From the NCBI GenBank assembly GCA_005893225.1, contig VBOT01000053.1:3462-67461 (forward strand): a stretch of DNA of 64,000 bases, given 5' to 3'. This stretch comes from Candidatus Eiseniibacteriota bacterium. Lineage in GTDB: Bacteria; Eisenbacteria; RBG-16-71-46. A model generated the notes under the pieces. It searched no databases. It saw only the letters and a program-made list of their open reading frames with translations, and was not told the DNA's origin. Both the position numbers and the translations under genes were made by a program. Position 1 is the first letter of the stretch, and each line of letters begins with the position of its first letter. This document shows positions 54,304 to 62,588 of the stretch, in pieces.

Positions 54304-55128
54304 TCAGCTCTTGATGCGTGCTGCCGTCGCCTGGGGCCCGGCCATCGCGTGGAGCTTGCTCACCACCACCGGATCGCTCGAGGTCAAGAGGGTGACGCAC
54401 CCGCCCTCGATGTTCACGATCTCGCGCCTGAGCTTGCCGCTCGCAATCGCGCCGCGCAGCGCCTTGCACGCCGGGCAAAGGGTCACCTTGTCCCCGGCCG
54501 ACGTGAACGTGTTGAGACGTTGGGTGCGCCGCGCCATCACGGTCTGAACGGTTCGCACCTTATTGGCGGCCGAGGCGGTGTAGACGAACATCATTCCGTT
54601 CTTGAGCGGCACGGCCTGCATCAGCGTTCCCGCCGACCGCAGCTCCTGCTCGCACTGCGCCATGTCCGAGCAAGCGTCGCAGCCGATGCTCATCGTGCCG
54701 TCCATGACATTCGACATGCCGTGCCCGCTGCAGGGCTCGCTGGAGAAGGCCGCCGCTCCCTTGGCGTGCGGGCAACTCCCCACGCCTGCCGCCATTCCGG
54801 CGCAATGCTCGCTCGCGGACGCCGCGGCGGCCGTCTTGCCGGTGCAGCGGGTGTAGGCGGTCGCCGTCGCGGTGGCTGCGTTCTTGCCGGAGCAGTGGTC
54901 GTAGGCATCCGTCGAGGCGATCACTGCGGAGGCGCCGCTCATGGCACCCTTGCAGGCCGCCGCCTGAGCCGCGGTGCACTTGGCCGCCATCGCCGCGGTG
55001 CAGGTGTTGGACTTTGCCGTGCTCGCCGTGGTCTTCGACTTGGCGTCGTCGCAGGCCATCGCCGAGACGGCCCAGACCGCAGCCGCGAGCACAGCGGTTG
55101 CCGCAGTCAGGGGTAGACGATTCTTCAT
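54304..55128 (-). CDS. secreted Ala/Cys-rich hypothetical protein (≥16 Cys; candidate metal-binding)
   Basis: GGAGG RBS. Signal peptide MKNRLPLTAATAVLAAAVWAVSAMA. Low-complexity Ala/Thr-rich region with regularly spaced Cys/His (DHCSGK, TRCTGK, EHCAG, GSCPH, EPCSGHG). C-terminal CPAC...GGC. Confidence 0.6.
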   Translation of the reverse strand: MKNRLPLTAATAVLAAAVWAVSAMACDDAKSKTTASTAKSNTCTAAMAAKCTAAQAAACKGAMSGASAVIASTDAYDHCSGKNAATATATAYTRCTGKTAAAASASEHCAGMAAGVGSCPHAKGAAAFSSEPCSGHGMSNVMDGTMSIGCDACSDMAQCEQELRSAGTLMQAVPLKNGMMFVYTASAANKVRTVQTVMARRTQRLNTFTSAGDKVTLCPACKALRGAIASGKLRREIVNIEGGCVTLLTSSDPVVVSKLHAMAGPQATAARIKS

Positions 55129-55276
55129 GAGGCACCTCCGGGGCTGAGATGTGGCGCCCGCCGCGGGCGCCTCTATGCAGGTAGTGATCGGCCCTCTGAA
55201 AACGAAGGCTGTCACCGCCCCTATCTATTAATGTCACTGAAGTGCAAATATTGATCCTCGCAGCGTGGCATGGGGC

Positions 55277-55290
55277 GAGAAGCGCTTCTC
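55277..55290. promoter_or_regulatory. perfect 14-bp palindrome GAGAAGCGCTTCTC in the divergent intergenic region; candidate operator
   Basis: Seen directly. About 150 nt upstream of the Cys-rich gene start and ~205 nt upstream of the deacetylase gene. A TTGACG-17-TAGCGT promoter-like pair lies nearer 55450. Confidence 0.3.
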
Positions 55291-55495
55291 GAGGCGCTCG
55301 CGATGGACTCGGCGATCGCTGACGTTCAGGGTGGGTCAACCCCTGCTTTTCGCGGGCCCGGGAAGGCGTCGCGAGCGCCTCGTGCACGGGCGAGCCGCGG
55401 AGCGTGGCACCCGGCGCGCCCTGGGCGAGTGCACGGTGCACGCACCCGCTGTTGACGAAACCCTGCTCCCCTCGTAGCGTCCCGCCGCATCCCCG

Positions 55496-56665
55496 ATGCC
55501 TAAACGCCCGCCCCAGCCCTCGGCGCCGCGCGCAACCCTTGCGCTCGCGGCGATCGCCCTCGCCCTGTTCCTCGGCGGCGAGGCGTTTCTCCTCTCGCGC
55601 ACCGACGCCGGACGCATCGCCGCGGCCAGGTACCTGCACCTCGGCGATCCCGCGAAGGTGACCCGGATGATCGGAAGCCAGCTCCACCGGGCGCTCGAGG
55701 CGGCGGAGGTGTCTCGCGACAGCGTGAGCGAGAGCGTGGTGGAAGGCGGTCCCGCGCCGCTCAGGTGGCGCGTCGGGCTCGGACCCGGGATCTCGGCCCT
55801 CCAGGCCAACTACTCGGTCAGCCGATTCCTGGCCGAGGAAGGCGCCGTGGTCCTGAGCGGCAGGGAGCGACCCGGCGATCAAGGTGAGACCGTGGTCACG
55901 CTGCTTCTCGGATTGCCCGGCCGGCCGACTCACGAGCTGCGGCTGGTCCAGCATCCCAGGGGCCGGGTCCAGGCGGCCGGCGGGCGGCTCGCCATCGTGG
56001 TCTTCGGCTTCGGCGAAGACGTCGAGCAGTCGGGGCGGTTCTTCGACCTCCCGGCCCCCTTCGCGGTCGCGCTGGTTCCGGGCGGCAAGACCGCCGCCGC
56101 GCAGTTCCGGGCGGCCCGGCGTCGCGACCGCGAGGTCGTTCTGCACCTTCCCCTCGAGCCGATCAATTACCCGCGAGTCGATCCCGGTCCGGGAACCATC
56201 CTCGTCACCATGGGGCCGTCGAAGATCGCCGACCTGGTGCACCGCTACCTCGAGCAGGCCGGCTCCGTCGCGGCGGTCGCCAACTATTCCGGATCGCTCG
56301 CCACGCAGGACATGACGGTGATGACGTCGGTGTTCCAGGAGCTCCGGCGCCGCGACATCCCGTTCCTTCACGTCTCGGCAGCCGCCGGCTCGGTCTGCAA
56401 GCCGCTCGCCTCCGAGCTCGGCGTCCGGTACGTCGAGCCGGACGCGATCCTCGACGCCGAAGCACGCCCATCCCGACCGCAGGCACTCGAGGCGCGCTGG
56501 AAGCGGGTCCTGGCGGAGGCGCGGCATCGCGGCCACATGCTGGTGATGGTCCGCGCGACCCCGCTCACGCTCGCCTGGCTGCCGAAAGCCCTGACCCCGG
56601 CCCGGCTCGAGGGAACGCAGATCGTGCCGCTCTCGGCGCTGCTTCAGAAGTCGCCGGAGATGTAG
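55496..56665 (+). CDS. divergent polysaccharide deacetylase family protein (YibQ-like)
   Basis: N-terminal TM. Aligns to E. coli YibQ (LAIVVFGFGE / LAIVIDDLGY; EVVLHLPLEP / EVLIHLPMAP; AAVANYSGS / AVGINNHMGS). Confidence 0.65.
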   Translation: MPKRPPQPSAPRATLALAAIALALFLGGEAFLLSRTDAGRIAAARYLHLGDPAKVTRMIGSQLHRALEAAEVSRDSVSESVVEGGPAPLRWRVGLGPGISALQANYSVSRFLAEEGAVVLSGRERPGDQGETVVTLLLGLPGRPTHELRLVQHPRGRVQAAGGRLAIVVFGFGEDVEQSGRFFDLPAPFAVALVPGGKTAAAQFRAARRRDREVVLHLPLEPINYPRVDPGPGTILVTMGPSKIADLVHRYLEQAGSVAAVANYSGSLATQDMTVMTSVFQELRRRDIPFLHVSAAAGSVCKPLASELGVRYVEPDAILDAEARPSRPQALEARWKRVLAEARHRGHMLVMVRATPLTLAWLPKALTPARLEGTQIVPLSALLQKSPEM

Positions 56666-56706
56666 CCGGCCTCGGAACGTCCGGAGGGCGGGCGGCTGAC
56701 AGACTC

Positions 56707-56827
56707 GACCCGGGGGCCGTAGCGAGACTCTCGAGGCGCTCGCAGGCAGGAGCCGGAGAGCACCTCGAGTGAGCGACCCGGAGACACGACGTCGGAGGCC
56801 GCGGGTCTCTTTGGAGGCCCTCGGGTC
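56707..56827. repeat. copy B of the conserved ~121-nt structured intergenic element
   Basis: Terminal stem GACCCGGGGGCC/GGCCCTCGGGTC. Internal hairpin CTCGAGG...CCTCGAG around the same AGGCAGGAGCCGGAG loop. Conserved 3' block CGGAGGCCGCGGGTCTCT. Confidence 0.7.
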
Positions 56828-56834
56828 GGGTCCC

Positions 56835-59327
56835 TCAACAGCCTGGATCGCCGTCCCGGCGTGATGCCGAGAGCTCCAGCACCTTCGCCACGTCCTCGAT
56901 CGAGAACGGCTTGGGCACGACGGCGTCCACGCCCGACCCGTCAAGCTGATCGGGTCCGATCTGGTGCCCCCAGCCCGTGACCAGGGCGATCGTGACGTCC
57001 GGGTCCGCGGCCCGGAGCTCCCGCGCGAGCTGCCAGCCGCTCGAGCCCGGCATCCCGATGTCGGTGAGAACCAGTTCGAAGCGCCCCGGCCGGAAGCGGG
57101 CGAGCGCGCTCTCGGCCCCATCGCACCCCACCGCGCCGTACCCGAGCGTGCGGACGATCTCCACCAGCAGATCTCGAACCGCCGGCTCGTCGTCGACCAC
57201 CAGAACGTCCCCGGTCGGAACCGGCGGGGCCGCCCCCGGCGGCGAATCTGCCGGAGGCACCGTTTTCTCGACGCGCGGGAGCGTGACCTCGAAGCGCGTG
57301 CCGTGGCCGAGCCGGCTCGTGACCGCCACCGCGCCCCCGTGGCGCTCCACCGTCCCGTACACCACCGAAAGACCGAGGCCGGCACCCTTGGGGCCCTTGG
57401 TGGTGAAGAACGGATCGAAGAGCCTCCGCTGGGTCTCGGGCGCCATGCCGATGCCGTCGTCCTCGACCACCACCGCCACCAGGGCCTCTCGAGGAGCGGC
57501 CGCGATGCGGATCGTCCCTCCGCGGGGCAGCGCGTCCGCGGCATTGAGGATCAGGTTGGTGAAGACCTCGCGGAGCTGGCTCGCCTGGCCGCGCACCCAC
57601 AGGCCGGGCGTGGCGTCGAGCCCGACGGTGATGTTCCGCCCCGCGGCTTCGGCCTCGTTCTTCCACCTCGGCCGGGTGAAGGAGATCGAATCGCGCAGCA
57701 CGGCTTCCAGGTCCACCGGCTCCAGGGTCTCGCCCGGGTCGCCGGTGCTGAACCGGTGGAGGCGGCGCACGATCTCGGCGCCATCGCGGGCGGCGAGCTC
57801 CATGACGGAGAACGACTCCAGTAGCTCGGCGGTGGCAAGCGTGCCGTGCGTGGCGCGATGACGCAGGAGCTGGGTGCGGCCGAGGATCGCTCCCAGGACG
57901 TTGTTGAACTCGTGCGCGATGCCGGAGGCCAGCTCGCCCGCGGCCCGGAGCTTCTCCGTCCGCACGAGCTGCTCCCGCGTGCGCTCCAGCTCCTCGATGG
58001 CTCCCTCGAGCCGCTGCTTCATCTGCGCCACGTGGAGGGCCGAGGCGAGGTGGCTCGAGAGCCCGGCAACCACCCGCACCTGCGAGGGCGTGAAGGCACC
58101 GGCCTCCGTGGAGACCAGGAGCAGGGCCGCGGGCGGGCCGATCTCGAGGGCGAGCGGCACCAGCAACGCCGCCTGGAACCCCTCGGCCGAGAGCTCGGCC
58201 GCGAAGCGGTGGGGCACGCCGCGGAGGACGAGGCGCACCGGGAGCGGGCTCCAGAGCTGGCCGGCGAGTCCTTCGTCGAGCTGCGCGCCGAGTGCCAGGC
58301 CACCCCAGGGCGGCGGGGGCTCGAACTGCTCGAAACACGGCGCGGGGCTCTCGTCCGACGGCACGGCGAGGGCCACCGCCGTGCAACGGGTCACGCGGCG
58401 GAGCTGGCTCGCCACCGCACGGAACACGGTGCCGGGATCCTGCGCCCCGCGGGCGCTCTCGGCGATGACGACCACCGCCTCGGCGGCGTCCCGGAGCGCT
58501 TCGGACTCGGCGCGCTCCCGGGCTCGCGACTCGGTGAGCGCGGCGGCCATGGTGTTCATCGACTCCGCCAGGGTTCCGAGCTCGTCAGGACCACCCACGG
58601 GGAGCCGGCGCTCGAGACTGCCCGCGGCGACCGCGCGCGCGAGCTGGCTCGCCTCCCCGAGCGGGCGCACCACCACGCTGAGGAGCAGTCCCGAGGCGAG
58701 CAGCGCCAGGCCGATCACCGCCGCGAGAAGGAGAAGGCCGGCGCGCCCGGCGGTGGCGATGGCGCTCTCGAGCCGCGCGGTGGTGATCTCCACGCGCACC
58801 CATCCCAGGCGACCGCTTCCCCCGCCCGCTCCGCCCTCCGGCAACCCGAAGGCCTCGTCCCTGGAGGGAATCGAGGCTCCCGAGTACCTCGACACCGGGG
58901 TCTCGAGGATCCGGAGCTCTGTGCCCCGGAGGCGCCGCGGGGTCACGCTCAGCCCCCGCGCCGTGGCCGCAACCGCTCCCTCTCCCTCGGCGGCGGACCA
59001 CGACTGCATGTCGTTCACGTGCGCTGCCGCGAGCGTGCCGTCGCCGCGGTAGACCGCCACGCCCACGACGTCGTCTTCCTGGGCCGCCCGGCGCACGAGG
59101 TCTGCCAGCTCGGCGCGATCTCCAATGGTGAGCGGGACCTCGACCGCCTCGGCGGTGCGCTGGACGAGGGCGCGGCTGCGCAGGTCCAGCTCGTGGCCGA
59201 GCCAGTTCCGGGTGAAGAGCATGAGCAGGGTGTAGAAGGCCGCCGCGGCCACCGTGAAGCCCAGGACGAGGAGCACGGCGATCCGGCCCCGGAGGCTGCG
59301 GAGGGATGGCGGCCGCCAGGCTCTCAT
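56835..59327 (-). CDS. hybrid sensor histidine kinase/response regulator (TM-HAMP-GAF-like-HisKA-HATPase-REC)
   Basis: H-box GIAHEFNNVLGAILG. G-box GAGLGLSVV. C-terminal receiver VLVVDDEPAVRDL...DIGMPGSSG. Start MRAW at 59327; the reported upstream extension is an artefact. Confidence 0.85.
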   Translation of the reverse strand: MRAWRPPSLRSLRGRIAVLLVLGFTVAAAAFYTLLMLFTRNWLGHELDLRSRALVQRTAEAVEVPLTIGDRAELADLVRRAAQEDDVVGVAVYRGDGTLAAAHVNDMQSWSAAEGEGAVAATARGLSVTPRRLRGTELRILETPVSRYSGASIPSRDEAFGLPEGGAGGGSGRLGWVRVEITTARLESAIATAGRAGLLLLAAVIGLALLASGLLLSVVVRPLGEASQLARAVAAGSLERRLPVGGPDELGTLAESMNTMAAALTESRARERAESEALRDAAEAVVVIAESARGAQDPGTVFRAVASQLRRVTRCTAVALAVPSDESPAPCFEQFEPPPPWGGLALGAQLDEGLAGQLWSPLPVRLVLRGVPHRFAAELSAEGFQAALLVPLALEIGPPAALLLVSTEAGAFTPSQVRVVAGLSSHLASALHVAQMKQRLEGAIEELERTREQLVRTEKLRAAGELASGIAHEFNNVLGAILGRTQLLRHRATHGTLATAELLESFSVMELAARDGAEIVRRLHRFSTGDPGETLEPVDLEAVLRDSISFTRPRWKNEAEAAGRNITVGLDATPGLWVRGQASQLREVFTNLILNAADALPRGGTIRIAAAPREALVAVVVEDDGIGMAPETQRRLFDPFFTTKGPKGAGLGLSVVYGTVERHGGAVAVTSRLGHGTRFEVTLPRVEKTVPPADSPPGAAPPVPTGDVLVVDDEPAVRDLLVEIVRTLGYGAVGCDGAESALARFRPGRFELVLTDIGMPGSSGWQLARELRAADPDVTIALVTGWGHQIGPDQLDGSGVDAVVPKPFSIEDVAKVLELSASRRDGDPGC

Positions 59328-60268
59328 GGCACGACCTCCCCGCCCTTCACGGCGACTAGCGGGAGCTCGCGACCCAGCGCTCGCGCCGTGCTGCGGTTGA
59401 ACCACCAGCGCACCCGCCGCGCCCTGGACACCGGGATGTCGCCCGGGCGCTCGCCGGCCTGGATGCGGCGGACGATCTCGGCGAGCTGCTCCCCGACCAC
59501 GTTGAAATCGGGGCACGCGGCGGCCAGCGCCCCGGCCCGCACCAGCGCGTCGGAGAACGTGAGCAGGGGGATGCGTCGATCCAGGGAGAGCTTGAGCAGG
59601 AAGTGGAACGCCTCGGGTGCGGCGACCACCGGGTCGGGAGGCAGCCAGAGGGCATCGGCCCCCTCCGTAGCGCCCCGCACCGCGCCCGCGAGCTCGGAGA
59701 GGTCGGCGAGCGGCACCTCGATCAGCTCGAGCTCGAGTGAGGCGGCCGCCGCCCGGGCGGCGCGGGCGAAGGGCGCCCCGGATCCGCGGCCGTAGAACAG
59801 CACGACCCGGCGCACGTCGGGTGCCGCGGTCTTGAGCGCTGCGAGCTCCGTCTCCGGGGGAACATCGCCCGATACGCCGGTCACCCACACGCCCTGGAGC
59901 CCGCGGCGCTCGGGCTGCTGGACCGCGCAAAAGACCAGCGGCGTGCGGGCGAGTTGGTCGCGGGTGAAGAGCGCCGCCCTGAGCCCGACCGCGACCACCA
60001 CATCGGGATGGAGCGCGGCGATCCGGCTCCCCAGAGCCGGGTCGTCCGCCTCACCGAGCACCAGGTCCGCCACGCTTCCCCGGTAGGAGGCGCGAAAGCC
60101 GGCCGCCAGCGAGTCGTAGACCCCGAGCGCACGCGAGCGCAGCACCACGACCGTGCCCGCCCCGGCGGGCGAGGGGGCGGCCGCGAGGCCGAGCGCCACC
60201 GCGAGGAGGAAGCCCGCGGCGGCCATCCCCTCGCGCTCGTGCGCGGGCCCGGCCGGGAGGAGCTTCAC
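59324..60268 (-). CDS. periplasmic substrate-binding protein of the PF04392 (ABC_sub_bind) type, translationally coupled to the hybrid HK
   Basis: Signal peptide. Its stop overlaps the HK start (ATGA). This family is typically encoded beside sensor kinases or cyclases. Confidence 0.6.
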   Translation of the reverse strand: MKLLPAGPAHEREGMAAAGFLLAVALGLAAAPSPAGAGTVVVLRSRALGVYDSLAAGFRASYRGSVADLVLGEADDPALGSRIAALHPDVVVAVGLRAALFTRDQLARTPLVFCAVQQPERRGLQGVWVTGVSGDVPPETELAALKTAAPDVRRVVLFYGRGSGAPFARAARAAAASLELELIEVPLADLSELAGAVRGATEGADALWLPPDPVVAAPEAFHFLLKLSLDRRIPLLTFSDALVRAGALAAACPDFNVVGEQLAEIVRRIQAGERPGDIPVSRARRVRWWFNRSTARALGRELPLVAVKGGEVVP

Positions 60269-62346
60269 GGCCCGCGCCTCGAGCGGAGCTCCACCGTCAG
60301 GAACAGGGCGCGATGATCCTGGATGATCTCGTCCTCCCGGTGCTCGGCCGAGCCCGGGTCCCCGTGGCGCGAGTCGAAGAGGTTCCTGGCATCGAGACCG
60401 ACCTGGAAGGCGCGGGGGAGCAAGGCCGACACGCGCGCGTCCACGACCACCGCCGGCGCCGTTCGGCTGTGGGCGAGCGTCCAGCGCGGGGACAGGTACC
60501 GGACGCCGATCCCGAGCCCGTAGGGCCGCGAGAGCGGGGCGTGGGTCAGGACCGCTTGGGCGTTCCAGCGCGGCGAGTTGGTGAGCTCGAGCCCGGTGTC
60601 CCGGTCGCGGCTCGTCTGCCAGGCGGCGGAAAGCCGCGCGCGAGTGCCCCGCGACCCCACGGCCGCGAGCTCCGCCTCCACCCCCCGGCCCACCACGCGC
60701 GCGCGGTTCCTGAACTCGAGCGTTCCAAGGGTGTCGGTCCGGACCAGGTCGATCAAGTCCCGCACCCAGTTGCCGTAGATCGAGAAGTCGGCGGTGAGCG
60801 GGCCGGCGGTGCGGACCACCGCGCCCTCGAGCGTGTTCACGCGCTCGGGCAGGAGGCCCACCTTGCTCCGGTAGAGGTCGTAACGGGCCTCGTAGACGCT
60901 CGGGGCGCGGAAGGCCGACCCGGCGAGCAGCTTGACCCGGGTCCCGGGGTCCGCTTCCCAGACCACGTCGAGGCGCGGGCTCACCACCGGGTCGAAATCG
61001 GCATAGCGGTCGGCGCGCCCTCCCGCGGTCACCAGGACGGAGCTGCCCACGCGCCGCTCGTCCTGCAGGTACGCCGCGACACGACCGGACCGCGGGTTCT
61101 GCCGGACGTACACGACGAAGGGAACCTCGTCGAAGTTGTCCATCCGGGCGCGGAGGTCGTACTGGCCCTCGGTCCCCAGGGTGACGACGTCGCGGGTCCC
61201 CGGAGACCAGTGGACTCGCAGCTCCGTCCCGACGAGGTCGCCGTCGCCGCGGTCGAAGTTCACCTTCGTGGCGGTATCGGGCCCCTCGATGTAGAAGCCC
61301 CGATAGCGCGCGCCGTCCCAGTAGGCGCGGCTCTGGAGCTCCACGGGACCGGCGAGCCGGCGGGTGTCGGAGAGCTCCACGAAGTCATGGCCGTCGTAGG
61401 TGCGATTGCGGCGGTCGCCGAACGTGGTCTCGAATGCTCCGGTGGGGAAGCGCTTCATCCTCGAGTTGAGCTTGGCGGCGAGCCTCGAGCTCCCCCACTC
61501 GATCGTGCCGAAGAGCCCGCCGGCCTCCTCGCCGTCCGCGTCGATCGCCCGCCCCGAATGGGAGAGGGGATGGTCGTACTCGGCGAAATAGAGATCGGGG
61601 CCGCGGGCGCCCTGCCACGATCCGCTCAGCCGCCACTGGGGCCCTCCAGGGGTCGACGAGGACCAGGCGGCGAAGAGGCGACGGTCTCCCCAGGCGCCGG
61701 CGCGTCCCGCCAGCGCGATTCCCGGCTCGCGGCTCGGATGCCGGGTCACGACGTTGACCACCGCCAGCACCGCGTAGCTTCCGTAGAGGGCCGACCCCGG
61801 CCCGCGCACCACCTCGATGCGCTCCACGTTCTCGAGGTCGAGACCGAGCTCGCTCCCGAACAGCCCGTCGCCGTAGACGTAGCCGTTCAGCGTGTGCCCG
61901 TCGATGGCGAGCAGCACCTTGTTGTTGTAGTCGCCGGGGCGCAGGAGTCCGCGCACGCCCACGTAGGAGTAGCTGCGGTCGTAGGTGACGAACAGCCCGC
62001 GCACCCAGCGAAGCGCCTCGGCCACGGTGGCATATCCGTGGGTGCGAATCTCCTCGGCCGTGATCACCGTGACCGAGGAAGGGGCCTCGCCGAGGGGCTG
62101 GGGGTGCTTGGCGGCGCCGGTGACGAAGGATTCCTCTCGCACGATGGCGAAGGGGTCGTCTGCGGGGGCTCTGGCGAACGGGTCGCCGGAAGAAGCAACG
62201 CCGAGCCCATCGCCGGCGGGAGGCGCGGCGCGGTCGTTGACCGGCGGATCGGCGCCCCACGCGAGCGGCGCGGCGACGGTGACCCAGGCGCTCAGTGCCA
62301 CGGCACAAAGCTCCGGCCAATACTTGTGCCACTTTCGGATCGACAT
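60265..62346 (-). CDS. TonB-dependent outer-membrane receptor
   Basis: Signal peptide. Plug domain (TVITAEEIRTHGYATVAEALRWVRGLFV...RIEVVRGPGSALYGS). Long beta-barrel. GGAGG RBS before ATG 62346. Confidence 0.8.
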   Translation of the reverse strand: MSIRKWHKYWPELCAVALSAWVTVAAPLAWGADPPVNDRAAPPAGDGLGVASSGDPFARAPADDPFAIVREESFVTGAAKHPQPLGEAPSSVTVITAEEIRTHGYATVAEALRWVRGLFVTYDRSYSYVGVRGLLRPGDYNNKVLLAIDGHTLNGYVYGDGLFGSELGLDLENVERIEVVRGPGSALYGSYAVLAVVNVVTRHPSREPGIALAGRAGAWGDRRLFAAWSSSTPGGPQWRLSGSWQGARGPDLYFAEYDHPLSHSGRAIDADGEEAGGLFGTIEWGSSRLAAKLNSRMKRFPTGAFETTFGDRRNRTYDGHDFVELSDTRRLAGPVELQSRAYWDGARYRGFYIEGPDTATKVNFDRGDGDLVGTELRVHWSPGTRDVVTLGTEGQYDLRARMDNFDEVPFVVYVRQNPRSGRVAAYLQDERRVGSSVLVTAGGRADRYADFDPVVSPRLDVVWEADPGTRVKLLAGSAFRAPSVYEARYDLYRSKVGLLPERVNTLEGAVVRTAGPLTADFSIYGNWVRDLIDLVRTDTLGTLEFRNRARVVGRGVEAELAAVGSRGTRARLSAAWQTSRDRDTGLELTNSPRWNAQAVLTHAPLSRPYGLGIGVRYLSPRWTLAHSRTAPAVVVDARVSALLPRAFQVGLDARNLFDSRHGDPGSAEHREDEIIQDHRALFLTVELRSRRGP

Positions 62347-62588
62347 GGAGAACCTCCCGCTCGAGCCCCGGGCGGCTCGCTCGAGCGTTGCAATCAACTC
62401 CTTGGGTATGCCGGGTATGCCGGCCGGGCGCCACGGCTCGGCACCCATTCGTTTTCGGCTGAAGGGGCGAAAAACCTGACCGGCAGGCTTCCGGGGCCCG
62501 GCCCTCGATCGGCGCCCGACGTGGCTCCGGCGGAGCGTCTCCGTCGCCGCCACCACTGGGAGCGCGCAAGTGATATGTTCACCCGTGT

